NCBI GenBank assembly: GCA_036172245.1
Contig: JAYWIR010000008.1
Span: 1,302,001-1,366,000, forward strand
Source: Raillietiella orientalis
Lineage: Eukaryota
Direction: 5' to 3'
DNA length: 64,000 nucleotides
Shown: positions 49,933 to 62,200 of the stretch, one piece after another
How positions within the stretch are numbered: the first letter of the stretch is position 1
How the letters are laid out: each line of letters opens with the position of its first letter
Made by a program: the position numbers and the translations under genes
The notes under the pieces: generated by a model
What the model saw: the letters and a program-made list of their open reading frames with translations, nothing else
The model's database searches: none
Told to the model about the DNA's origin: nothing

Positions 49933-50188
49933 CTTCCCTAGCAACGCAATGACAACAATGCCGCCGTTGCATTGCCTTCGCTAGCAACGCAGCGACAGCA
50001 AGGCTGCCGATACGTTGCCTTCTCAAGCAACGCAGAAACAACAACAATGCCATTGCTGCTCTTCCTTTGCCGGCAACGCAGCGACAACATTGTTGTTGTT
50101 ACATTGTATTCTCCATCGATATTGTTGTTGTATGAAGCAGCGCAGAGACAACAACAATGCCGCCGTTGCATTGGCATCTCTAGGGAAG
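49933..50188. repeat. Minisatellite (about 43-bp units, ~5 copies) bounded by 9-bp inverted ends
   Basis: Units begin (a/g)gcaacgca. The exact 23-mer acaacaatgccgccgttgcattg occurs at 49952-49974 and 50151-50173. The ends are cttccctag (49933-49941) and ctagggaag (50180-50188). Confidence 0.7.
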
Positions 50189-50199
50189 CAGAGATAAAT

Positions 50200-53100
50200 G
50201 CTTTCAGTGGAAGCTGCCGGGAAGTAGGGACGGAGGCACCGGTCTGACCGTTTGGCGGGGCACAGAGGTGCGCCCCTGAACCTCCTCGGTGAACCAGGAA
50301 AAGTCCGGTTGAGGAGAGCATGAGGCCGCTCACATAGATGAGCCAGGAGCTTGGGACGCAACGGAGCCACGAAAAGCACGTGCAGGGCCGCCCTCCGCAT
50401 CCAGACCGGAATTCTCCGTCGGAGGAGACACTGCGAACGTCCCCAGGACCGAGAAGGGGGCACGCAGCTCCGTGTTACCACAGTGCACCTCCAAGGGGGT
50501 TCATGCGGACTCCGAACAGCAGCGCTCCAGCCTACCTCGGTCACCTCAGATGCTGCTCCAGACCGCGGCACCCGGTTTTAAGATCGTCACGGCCCATTCC
50601 AGGGGAGATAAGAGGTCTTTCGGCGGGAAGGAGGATGTCTATCCTGGGAAGACAGGGTGTAGCTCACTCGGTGGTGCAACGGAGCTCGCGGAGGTAATGG
50701 GCTGAACGAAGTGGGGAAGGGAAGGTACATCACGACTCCAGATGGAATTCACTCCTCCTCCGTTTCCGTCCGGTGAATAGGGAAGGCGCATCGCTCCTGG
50801 CGGAGTCAGTTCATGACTCCCAGGAGCGACTCACTCTCGGAGGATAGGTGGGGCGAGATGGCTCTCGAGACGAGAAGGGGAAGAAGAGGCTATTCCCCAG
50901 TCGGACTCTGGGATGCCCAGCGGAGCATAGGAGAGGAAAGCAGTCGTCCCATCCAGGCTAGGTCGCTCTTTCCCCTCCCTCACACAGCCTTGCGCACGGG
51001 CAGTATCGTAGGCGAGGAGGCAGGACTGAGCCGCGATTATTGCTAGTTGAAAACTTTCCCCTCCCTCACACCTCTAACTTTCCCTCCTCTCACCTCGGAT
51101 GCTATATACACCTCTCGTCCTCCCTTCCCTTTCCTCCTACACTTTTCCATCCTTCCCTCCCCGCCCCTCCTTCCGGAGGAATTGGTGGTTTGGTGGAGGC
51201 GGCTCCAGCGCTCCGCTGCACCCTGACCCTACCCTGGGCGTCTCCAGAAGCTCCTGGCGGGCCGCACCAGAGGGCGCTGAGGGGAAAGGAAGGAGAAGCA
51301 GGTGAATAGGGGAGGATCGAGATTTGAGCGAGGGGAGGAAGAAGCGAAGGATGCGAGATAGACCCTCCCTCCGAGAGGTCAGCAGTTCTGGGATAGGCGG
51401 TGTCGCCCTCACTCGGCTGCAGCCCGCGCGCACGCGCTCTCGTCTTCCCGTTTTTTCGTCTTCTTGAGCTTACTCTCTCCGCCTCCTTTCCCTGCTCTCC
51501 CCAGCGGCTGCCCAGCCCCATCCCGGAAACCTCGGCTGGGGACCCGGGTGCTCTCTCGGAGCCAAAATTCCCCGTCTTTCCGAGAGGAGGAGAAGGGGGA
51601 GGAAAACTCCCTCGACACCTCCTCACGGAGTGGGTGCTCACCTTCCCCACCGGCTGCGGTTGGGGGAAGCCCGTGGACGCTTCCTGGGAGCGGTTTGCGT
51701 GGCAACGGACGCTTGTCTCCGTCTTCTTTCGCAGGGGATCGCCGAGGACCTCACGCTGCTGGAGGCGTCTGCAGGGGCTTCGATGAAGAAGAAAAAGAGG
51801 AGGAAAGCAAGAAGTCCCTGGGGATTCTCTAATAACTCCCTCCGCTGAGCGCTTCCTCCTCCGCTCTGCAAGTGAGTGTGAGACTCCCTCGCGGGGGAGG
51901 GTCCCGCCGTTTTCCCTTTTTTCCTGCGCCCTGTCAATCGTGCTGGTCCGCCCCAGCCTTCCTCTTCGACTGCGCCTGCAAGGAAGGTCTTTCGTCCTCC
52001 GGACAGATAGCATTCCCTCAGGGACCTCACTAGCTGCCTCCTTCCCTTTACCACACCTCACAGCAGCATCTCACTTTCACCAAGTTCCTCCCATCTTCCT
52101 CTTCCTCCCTCCTCCTTCCCCTCCGGAGATCAGCACGCATCATCCCCACGCGCACAGTAAGGGGTTTGAGACGAGGGTTGCTTCCCGGGCCACTCGCCTG
52201 CCTCGTTCCCGAGGCCGGACGGAAGGGAGAACGCCGCCCGATCTTTCCAGCGAGAAATGGCGGAACCGACGCTCTTGGGAAATCCCCTCTCCCGGGACAC
52301 CCGGCTAGCTTCCCGCTTACCCCACTCCATCGGGCCACCGGCATGCAGATCCAACATTCCCGGGGGGGTCTCCGCTTGTCTCGGCAGGAAAATTCCGCGC
52401 ATGCCCACGCGGGACGCTTTCCGGGGGAGCAGCAGTCCGTTCACAAAGGTTAGGGAGTACTTCAAGTGTTTCATTGAGCCCGAAGGAAGTGAGCTAAGAA
52501 TGGTCTTCCCGAGGGAGGATGGTGGTCTCGCAGGTTCACTTCAGGGAGAGAGGGGACTGGCCCGCCTGGTCCGCTGGAGGACCAAGCCAGGCGTGGTCAC
52601 ACGCATCCACGGATGGAGCGACGGCAATAGCCCACTGAGAACTTGCTGAAGGAAGAAGGGCAAAGTCTGATCCACTGCGTCCATTGCAGGATCGTACCCA
52701 ATGTGGTTTTCCTGCTCCGGACGTCCACCAAAGTGGATTCAAATTTTTTTCTCCTTCCTTTCCCTCCAAATGACGGCACAAGGGCACGGTCCATCGCGCC
52801 CACTGCAGTTCCTGCGCCCTCGATGTCCTCTTCAGACTTGCAGCCGCCGGAAGGGCATCTCCAGAGTCTCGTCGTCTCGTCACCCTTCCGCGGTGGCCAC
52901 GGGGTCGGGAAGCTCCCACAGAGTCCACCTCACGCCGGCGGGAAGAGAGGAAAGAGGGAGCCTCGAGAGGCGGGGGCAGTCTCGTGAGGTCTTCCGACCG
53001 CGGCCTGCGCCGACGAGGGAGCAGCGCCAACCATGGCGACTCCATCCTGCTGCCCGGTGCTGCTGCCGAAGGCAGGCCGCTTCCTTTCTGCTGGAGCCTT

Positions 53101-54300
53101 CTGGGCTGGGAACCGCGTGAGGGGTGCCTCGTCCGACGGCCCCATGCCTCCCCGACAGCCGCTGAGGGAGAAATGCAGTCGCCGACCCGAGGAAGCCGAG
53201 AAGGGCCTGCGAGGGGAGGGGAGGTCACCGTCATCCACGGGAGGGAGGTACTCAGGCAAAGACGCTAAGGGGAGGGGTAGAATAAAGCGAGACTTGCTCA
53301 CTGCTGCTGCCTCGACCCCGAAGGAATCCCTCCTGGCGTCCCTCACCAAGGCGATCGCTTCCTCAAGGACGGCGCCGCCTCCCGACGGCGGAGTGGTAGC
53401 GCCCTTTCACCGCGGTTTTTCGGAAGACCCCAGGGGAACCAGCTCGTATTGGGGGGAGAGGCTCCACAAGGAGTGTAAGGAGAGGAGAGCAGCTTCTGAG
53501 TCCACCAGCCGCTCCATCCATTTTATTCCTCTCGGAGAATTCTTTGCTGCAACTTCCAAGAAGAGAAATGGAGGAGAAAGGAGGGGGAGGAGGAGGTCAG
53601 TGGAGATTCGATGAATGCCAAGGACTGTCGATTCTTTGCCCTGCTCCAGCCCTTTTTCTTCCATCTCCACCTCACTATTCCAGCGCCTCTCCTTTTCCCC
53701 CCATCCCTCGAACGAGCGTCCGTGAACGATACGGCGACGGCACATCGGGAGTAGTCCCAGCCACCGCTGCCTCAGGGAGCCGCTCCTCGTGACCAAACCG
53801 CCTAGGGGCGGGGGACCTTCGTGCCCTGAGCTGTCGCCGGCAAAAAAAGGAGCCCAGAATGATCGATGGGAAAAGGGCGAGACCGGGAACGAACCCGAGA
53901 ACCTGGCGGCCTCCGGGACTCGAGTGGCCCTCCAGGAGCCACGCGAACGTTCTGAAAACCTTCGGGGTGCGTTCCGGAAGAGGAGTGGGATGGAGACCAC
54001 ACCCTCGGGAGGGAAAGGGGGTAACCAGCCAAGGGACGGCGACCGTCCCCACTTCGTGCCTTCTTTCCGCCCCTGCCTTGCTAGAGTCCCGGCTTCCCAT
54101 CCCGTACTCCACGGAGGCGGTTGCGACCCACGTGCGCCGCCTAGGGCGGGACGCCTCTGGTTCCAGCGGACCGGGTGCAGCGAGGGTCGGGACTCAGGAG
54201 CAGGGACACATGAGGAGTGGAGGAGGCTCAAAGGAGTTTTCTTTTCTACGAGTTATCTCCAGACCTCACCATCAGGGAAGAGAAAAGATTTCCGCTGACC
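50200..54300 (-). mobile_element. Decayed L1/Tx1-like relic (ORF1 and EN remnants)
   Basis: LPRIDILL (SRID..L-like) at ~50625-50650, VMYLP at ~50720, and RVTTPGL (V.YPG-like) at ~52585-52605. Confidence 0.45.
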
Positions 54301-57300
54301 GTTTCCCTTTAGGGAGAAGGAAAGGACGATGGAGGAGGGAGGAAGAGGTGTCCATTCCCTGGGGGTGGAAGGGGCTCCTTTTTGCTCCCAGACCTCCCCT
54401 CGAACTGGATTGGTGTGACTCCTGACAGACGCAGAGGTTTCTCCCTACGCCCTTCCCTTCCTAAGAGGAGTCAGGGATGACTGTCGGTACCAGGAGAGGG
54501 CTTAACTCTGTCCTTCCTTTCCCTCGTTCCTACTCGGCACTGAACGGCTGGCGAGTCTGGAAGGATTCCCTGGAGGAGGGGCGGGAAGGGACATTCCAGG
54601 GCAGGGTTCGGGGAAATTAGCCGGGGAGGGGGAGGAGGAAAGGAAGGGAAGTCTTCTCTGCGCGGGTACTCCGCCCCATGGCGCCGTTGCGTCCCAGCGC
54701 TGCTCCGAGGCTCACCGCAGACAGCCCCCTCTTTCCCCGCCCCAATTCTGCCTCCTTTCCTCCCCTTCGAGCTCTTCCGCGTTCATCTTCGTCCCTCCTC
54801 TCCCCCGCAGCCGAAGGAGGGTGGATCATCTCGCCACTCCCTTCCCGCCCCATCGAGGTCCATTTCCATACCTCTCACATGCGCCCCATAGCCGTCTACG
54901 GTCTCTCCCAGGGTTGCCATCCCCACTCCCTTTCCCTCCCCTCTCTCCCGCCTCTCCGTCTCCTCTTCATCCTTCGCCGAGGTCGGATGCACCAACCCCC
55001 CCTCCTCCTGCGAGTTATCCCCGGGGCCTACCAAGACGCACCTGCAGCCCTCACCCTTCTGGAGTCACCTCCACTGGCGGCGCCATCTGGACAGAGAGCC
55101 GCGGTCCCTCTTTGCTCCTACTGAAGCGCCTCCCAGCTGTTTTTTTTTTTTTTTTTGATTAATTTCCTCCCCCCTCCTCCGCCTCATTTTTTTTCTTCCT
55201 TTTTTTTTTCTCCTGTGGGTCCCCCTCCGGAACTCTCTGGTCTCCCGGAGCGAGGTAATGGGGCGGGGAGGGCAAGGCAGGATACGTCCGACCTCTCCCG
55301 CTTCTTCCTACTACGCCCCCTCCCACCCCTTCCTACTCAAAGCCCGTCCCTTCTCTCCCCCCTCCACCCCCTCCACCCGGCGATCCGCGGCCCCGACCTA
55401 GGCCATTCCTCCAGACAAAGGGAAGAAGTGCGGGGCTCCGAGTCCCCGGAGTGGGGATTCCGGGGCGGATTCCAGATTTACGATCGGATCGGGGAGGAGG
55501 GGGGTGACGAGGTGGCGCGGTGGGTGCGGAAGGGGGAAGACGGGGAGGGAGGAGGAGAAGGGGGAGGGAACTTGCGCGCCTCCCACCCGCGGACAATGGG
55601 AGCGGCCCGCTGTTTGCGCGCGCGCGCGGGGGAGAGGCTCGAGTGCAGCGGGGGACCGCGGAGACCCTTAAGTCCCCCTTTGTCGCGGAATTAACCGGAG
55701 CTTCCCCTACAGGACGCGCGGCTTGTCCGACCGCCCGTCCGCCTTTTCTTCCCCTCCCCCCGGCTCGAGGAGTGTCGGCCGCTTCCGCCCACCTTCAAAC
55801 GCTCCCCGCCGTTCCCGTCCTCCCCTGCGACGGGGCGGTCGCGCGGCCCTCCGTGATTGATAACGGCCTTTCCAGATTACGGGCGGAGGGCATTCTTCGG
55901 CCCCCGCGCGCGGGACGCTCGTCCTGCGAGGGATATCGCCCTCCCGTGCGATGCCCCATCCTCGTGTCCGACCTTTAGACAAAAAAAAAAAAACGGGACC
56001 CGTTGAAAAGCGTCGGGAAGCCTTGCGGGAGTGTCTTTGATGTAGGCGGCGCGCCCGTCGCGGAGAGCAAAGGGGGGAGGAGGGGAAGAGCGAGGGCGCG
56101 CCGGGCCGATGGTAATCGTAAGAAGAGGAGGGCCAACAATGAAGACGCACCTCTGTCCGGGAATATCCCTCGCGTACACCCGCCGGATTAGCCGGCGGCT
56201 GGCGGGAGAGAGCGACGCCCGTGTTTACCCGTGTTCGGGAGGGTGGCTGCGAGCCAGCGCGTGCGCGGGCAAGATGGCGTCCCCACCGCGTCTCGGAGCA
56301 GCGCGACGGGGAGGCGGCCAGCATCCGCAGCTATCCCGTCTTCCCCCTCTGTCCAGTGGTGTTCTGGGGTTCCTCGTGCCGCCCCCCAGGAGCCAGGGAG
56401 AAGCGAGGAGGAGCCTTCGTTTCGAGGGGGGGGGACCGTTTCCCGGGCGACCGACCCGGCGGCGCTTTCGAGGAGAGGTACCACGTTTGTCCCTCCGGAC
56501 GGGAGCGGCGTCAAGTGGCTGCTGCCTCCCTGTCCCTGGAAGTGACCCACGGGAATCACCGTCATTTCGGGAGGCGGGAGCGCGGTTTCGAAAATACGGC
56601 GACTCATGGCGAGCAGCTCGGCTATTGGCTCTCCTCCGATGGCGTTGCGTCTGTGCAAGGATGGACAGAACGTGCTGGAAGACGTTCGCAAAGCGACACG
56701 CGCACGAGAAGGGGCCAAAAAAAGGAAAAAAAAGCAAAGACACGCAAACACGCCCCGAGTACGCATTCCGCGCACACGTGTGGAGGGAAAGTGGATGCTG
56801 CTGTGGAAGCTTCCGTTTGTTTTCGGTGGAAGATGAGAAGAAAGGAAGAGAAGAGAAAGCAAGGATTTCATTATTTATTTCTTGCTGGACACGTCGGTCA
56901 CCTTGTTTCCCTCGGGATCCATCGCTGCTGGGCTCGGCGCTCAATTATCTTCCACAACGCATCGATGAGCACGTGACGGAGGGCGCATTGACGCCACCCC
57001 TCTACCTGTCACGCCACTGTCAGATTCCGGGAGGCCGTTCCGGGCACTCAACGTGGTGGCAAATTGCAATTCTTTGAGATGCTACAGGAAATGAAGACGC
57101 TTGGACTGCTGTCACGCGCGCGGCATGGGCGCCGGGCACCTAGCCTACACGAGGAATCGCGGGGCCTTCCCGCCGAAGGAGGAAGGCCGTGGGGAGGAAG
57201 GATCTCTCCCTTCCCTCTTGCACCCGATACGGGTATCAGAACCAGGCACGCTCCTTACTCCTGTAGGGACCCCTTTCGGACGACTTCATTCTCTTCCGAG

Positions 57301-58649
57301 GCGCTCCTTATTACCCGCTCTCCTAGACGCCGGGCGCCGCCGCAGGGAGAAAAAAAACCGTAGCCTCGCTTCCTCCTCCCCGCGCCCATCGGGGAAAACG
57401 CGACACGGGGGAGGTAAGGCGTCGTCTCCGACGCGCGGACCCCCCTCGTCCGTCGCTCCCTGCCAGGGGCCAGTTACAGGAGGGTTGGCCCGCAGTCACG
57501 CCTGGCTCCCCGCAGGTGGCACCGGCCACCGAAAGCGGGAAACAGCGGCATCCCTCACGGGAAGGGATGTGCGCAGAAGACAGGGCAGGAGGGGGACCGT
57601 TTGCCCTCCCTCCAACTCTCAAAGAGCTGCCTTCACAGAGGCCTGTCCCCCTCCTACGGGAGGCTGGAGCGTAGAGAGAGAAGGGTGCGGAAAGGGAGGG
57701 AGAGCGGAGAGGGCGTGGGTTCCACCCGCGAGCCCGGCAGCCTCGCGCGGGGAAGCGCAGAGAGCGTGGGACCACCAGGGAAGAGCGAGACTGGATGGCG
57801 AGAGGTTGCGGCGCACCTGCGATAGCTGGTTTCCAGGGGTCCGCCCGAGGGCAGATGGGTCGCAACTGTCTACTCCCTCCGCACCCCTCTCCCGCCGGAG
57901 GCTGCTTCGGAAGCTTGCCAGGACGAAAAACCAGTAGCAGGAAAGCCCAAGTGCAAACAAGAGGAGGCAAAGGGGGAGGAAGGGACACGGCATGACCTTC
58001 GCCCCACCCACCTCAGCTGCTGAGCGCCCTGCTGCAATATGCCGCCTTGCCCCGAGGCACCACCGCATGGGAGGAACGAGCGGGCGGCGCGGATTCCCGG
58101 GACGCCCGGTGCCGGGACTCCTGGCTCCGAGATGCCCGGAAGGGAGAGAGGGTTTCCTCTCGTATTGCGTTTGTGCTCTTCAATTTCTTCCTCAGATCTC
58201 CCTGAAGCGGCCTCTCTGGAGTTTCTTCCCGTCCGCGAGGGCCCCTTGGTGGGCCGGCGGAGGTAGGGCGCGCCACCTTCTCTCTGAGGGTAGGAGGAGA
58301 GTTCGTCGGCTCCCGTGGCCAACGGGCGCAAGCGCCATGGGCGCAAGCGTTGCAGCTGTGGACCCGTTTCAAGGGAGAGGGGAAAAGCGAAGGTGCGCGT
58401 CGGCGCATCGTTGGTGTGGGTCGCGCGAAGCGATGCCCCCGAGGAAAACGGAAGTGACGGGGGAGGGAAGGACGAGCCGACCGCTCCCATGCACCACCGT
58501 GCGGGAGGAACGAGCGCTTCCGGAGACAGTCCAGCAGCGGGAGCGGCCCCTTCACTTGTCCCCCCCATGCTCCTTCAAGTCCTACAGGCGGGTAACCACG
58601 GCAACGAACACTTTTATTGGGAAAGCGCAGCCGTGTGAGCGAGCCCGCG

Positions 58650-59018
58650 TCAGAAACGAAACGAAAAGACACGCAGACAGTGTGGGGGCGGGTGGCGGCC
58701 TCTGCGCCCGCCAAGCACGAGGGCCGCCCCGCCTAGCCTCCAGGACGCCCACCAGACTAGGGTGGTGAACGGGAGGGAGGCTTTGGGCTCCAACATGCGC
58801 GGCTGCACCATGCTGGCATCGCAGTGCGACAGCCCGCAAAACCTGAACGGCGCCCGGAGGCTCGTTCTGGCGTCCGGGCACGGCGCATGGGCTGGAAGAC
58901 TTTGGGGAGGTGCCGCGTCCCTGTCTGTCGGATTCAGTCTGCCGCCCCTGGAGCTCTGTCCATGAAGTGTGGACGGTGGACAGGAATTTCCCAAGTAGCT
59001 CACGGATCCGGAAGCGAC
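58650..59018 (-). other. Tandem duplicate of the Pax6 C-terminal (PST) exon; possible extra coding exon
   Basis: Encodes [36 protein letters not shown]...PFRFCGLSHCDASMVQP, paralogous to [32 protein letters not shown]...[11 protein letters not shown]...ASMAQP of exon 59251-59578. It is preceded by an acceptor, ctcgcag. Confidence 0.7.
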
Positions 59019-59250
59019 CTGCGAGCGCGGGAAGTCATACGGGCGGGTGACCATGGCAACGAATTGTTTGTTGGTTTGTGTTTTTTTCTGGAGGAAGGGG
59101 GCTGGAGGGTGGAGAGGGAGGAGAAGGGGGGAAGAAAAACGCAGTCGTGAGAGCAGGAATAACACCACAGAGAAAATGAACCCGGAACACAAAGAAACGG
59201 GTGAAAGTGCGGGGCGGGCGGCGGCCGCTTCGTCCGTCAGACAGGAGCCG

Positions 59251-62200
59251 TTACCTCGCCTCCGAGATGGGCAGAGCGCCCACCAGGGTGGGCGAAGCGC
59301 TGGTGGTGGACGGCGGGAACTGGAGGCCCAGGGCGTTGGTGGTGTACGGCTGCGCCATGCTGGCGTAGATACTGCTCCCGTACTGAGGCGTGTCGTAGTG
59401 CGACCTCCCGTACACGCTGAACGGAGGTAGGGTCTCGTATTGGGGCCTGGAGGCGACGTAAGTGTAGGAAGACGAAGGGAGTGCCGCGTCCCTATCGGCC
59501 GAATTCAGGCTACCGGCCCCAGGGAACTGACCGTGAAGTGTGGACGGTGGGCAGAAATTTCCGAAGTAGCTCGGAGACCTGGAAGCGGCCCGTGAGCTCG
59601 GGAGAGAAGGCGAGTGACCGCGCCCTCACCCGTAGGCGTCCGGCATAGGCAAGCTGGCGTGTTGGTGCAGCGGCTGGTACGCCGTCGTTGAGTAGGCCAC
59701 GGCCGGCGTGGTGACCGCGTTCACGTTCGGCAGGGCGCTGGACACTGCGGCGGAGGACGCGAGGCTTTTCTGGTGGCGCAGCTTTTCCTCGCGGCGCCAC
59801 TTGGCCCTGCGGTTGCTGAACCACACCTGAAATGCCAGAGGGTGCTGAGCGCGCGCGGGAAGGCAGGAGGGGCGGGAAGGGGAAGGGGAAGGAGAGAGGA
59901 ACCGGCCTTCCAGAGAGCCCTTACCGCACGGGAGCATCGCCCACCTACCCCTTTCTCCCCCCTCTCGTCTTCTTCCTTGGCTGCTATTGCCACGCTATTC
60001 GAATGCGCACCTCGTGGTCCACGCTGCTCATGGGGGTTGAGACCACTGTGCACCGCTTTGCGCCCGAGACTTCGCAAGGCTCTGGGAACCAGGATCGGGG
60101 TGGTGGCAAGCAGGGGAATGCAAACGGGGAGACCTCGTGGCTGCGCCCTCCGCCCCATGAGCGAAGTGGCTCAGAATGCCATCCCGGGCTCGAACGACGC
60201 AGCAACTGCATCGGGAATCTACTGGGATGGGATGAGATGGCGGACGATGGACAAGAAGTCGCGTCTGCTGCAGTCTGAGTGTCTCTTCCTCCTCCACCCC
60301 ATTTCCTCCCCCCTCCCTTCCGAGAGAACGATAATCCCCCAGACTCCTTGCTTCCCTACCTTCCCCCCCCCCCCCAATCCCTCTAAAGAAAAGATGAAGC
60401 CTGAGAGATTACCTGAATTCTGGACTCTGCAAGACCAACCGTCGATGCAATTCTGTCCCTGATAAAGACATCTGGGTAGTGAGTCATCTCGAACTCTGGA
60501 AGCAGCACGTTGGTTAGCACGAGCAGGATGAGGGAAAAGGAAGGACGAGGACGAGGAGGGAATGAGGGAGGAAGGAAGGGAGGAGGAAGAAGGGACGAGG
60601 AGGAAGGAGAAGGGTGAAAGAACCAAAATGGGTAGCTGCCGTAAGAGCGTGCGCGCAGTTTGTCCGCGAAGAAGAAGAACAGGAGGAAGAAGGGGATGAA
60701 AGAGGGAGGGGGCGACCCCTGCCGGCGGCGATTTTTCAACACGGCTGGCAGGATTCCGCAAGAGGGAGGGGACGGGCGAATGGGCAGCCCTGAGCTTCCT
60801 GTCAGCAAAGGGGCAGAAGAAAAGGGAAAACACAGAAAGGCGATTCACGAGAGCCGCGGCATTGGCAACGCCCTCTTTGGGGAGCCACTGTCGCCTGCTC
60901 TCGAGTTTTGTTTCTCCCCCCCCCTCCCCCCCAATTTTATTGTCCCCTGTCTTTCGGGACGCGCGCTCAGGGGACGCCTTCGGTGCCTCGCTCGCCCTTC
61001 TCGTTCCCCCTAAAAGTGAGGAAAGGGAACGGTGGCGAAGAGGTGGCAGATGGATGGACAGCCTCGAACGAGGAGGAGACACCACCGAGGAAGTGGCACT
61101 CGTCTGGGGGGAGCGTGCAGACCACTCCATGTAGCAGGAAGCGCGTGACGGGAAGGAAGGGGATTCAACCCCCCTCCTCCTCCTTCCTTGAAGTCCAGCG
61201 TAAGGGAATGGAGATCGGGATATGCTGGAAGGAGAGATGGAAGAGGCAGACTGCGCTACAAGGGTCTGAAAGGTGCAGTAAGAATGAGGGAACAAGGAAC
61301 GGAGGGAGGGAGAAGAAGGAGACTAAAGTAGAAGGGGACTCCCTTCACGAGGAATCCGACTGCCTTGCAAGGAAGTGTTTCCTCCCCTCCCCCAGACAAT
61401 ACCAAGACAGGGTGGGGCAGGAAGGGGACGGGTGGAGACGGGAGAATAAGGGCGGAGCATCGGAAAGGGAAGACGAGGATCCCATCTCCTCCCCCCTCTG
61501 CGGGGGAACGAATCATTTGACGCGCCACGCTTGCCACGTCCTCCGCTCGGAGAGCCAGCGTTGGCGACTCCCCGAGAGGGGTCCTCCTTACCCTGCCGCC
61601 GCTGCGTCCCCAGTCCCACTCGGGAAGCGAGCAGGAAGCAGCAATGGAGCGAGGGCGGGAAAGGGTCTTCACTTTCTCGGATCCCTGGGTCAAGAAGGTT
61701 GGTCGCTAGGGGCGCCTCGGATGGCTCAGGAGTCACTCTGCTCCCAGCCGAACCCATTTTCATACAGCTTTCGTTCTGCGACGCGCACGGGATGACGATG
61801 TGATCTTCCAAGTATCCCAAGGGCAGAGAACCCCCGGGGAAGATTGGCCGTCTCAGGCACAGAATGGTCCCAGCGCAGCGGCTACAGGGGAGAAGTAGTG
61901 GGTCAGGAACGCTCAGGAGTGGCTCCGCGGCAGAGCCGGAACGGAAGTGGAGGCGGGGCGGGGCGGGGCGGGGCGGGAAGGGCCGTTTTGCTTTTGGTTT
62001 TCCTGACCAGGAGTTCAGGGGGGCGAAGGGAGCGAGAACGCCCCAGGAGAGGAGACTCTTGAGCGCTCGGACGACCGGCACCGTGGTCGCGCGGTGCTGG
62101 GAACTTCGCGGAGGAGGCGACCCTGTAGGTCGGGTGGCGGAGGCGCGGCAAGAAGCACTCGAGGGAGTGAAAGGGGTGGGGGCGCGGGGCGTTCAAAGGA

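Noticed and set aside
49933..50188. Repeat-spacer-like pattern suggesting a CRISPR array
   Set aside because: Eukaryotic context, no cas genes, degenerate repeats and mutually homologous spacers.
4367..58600. Hundreds of 60-385 aa ORFs in the ORF track (for example 11129-12286, 9910-10878, 56109-57077)
   Set aside because: Overlapping R/P/G/S-rich frames typical of GC-rich non-coding or relic DNA; no recognisable domains or splice structure.
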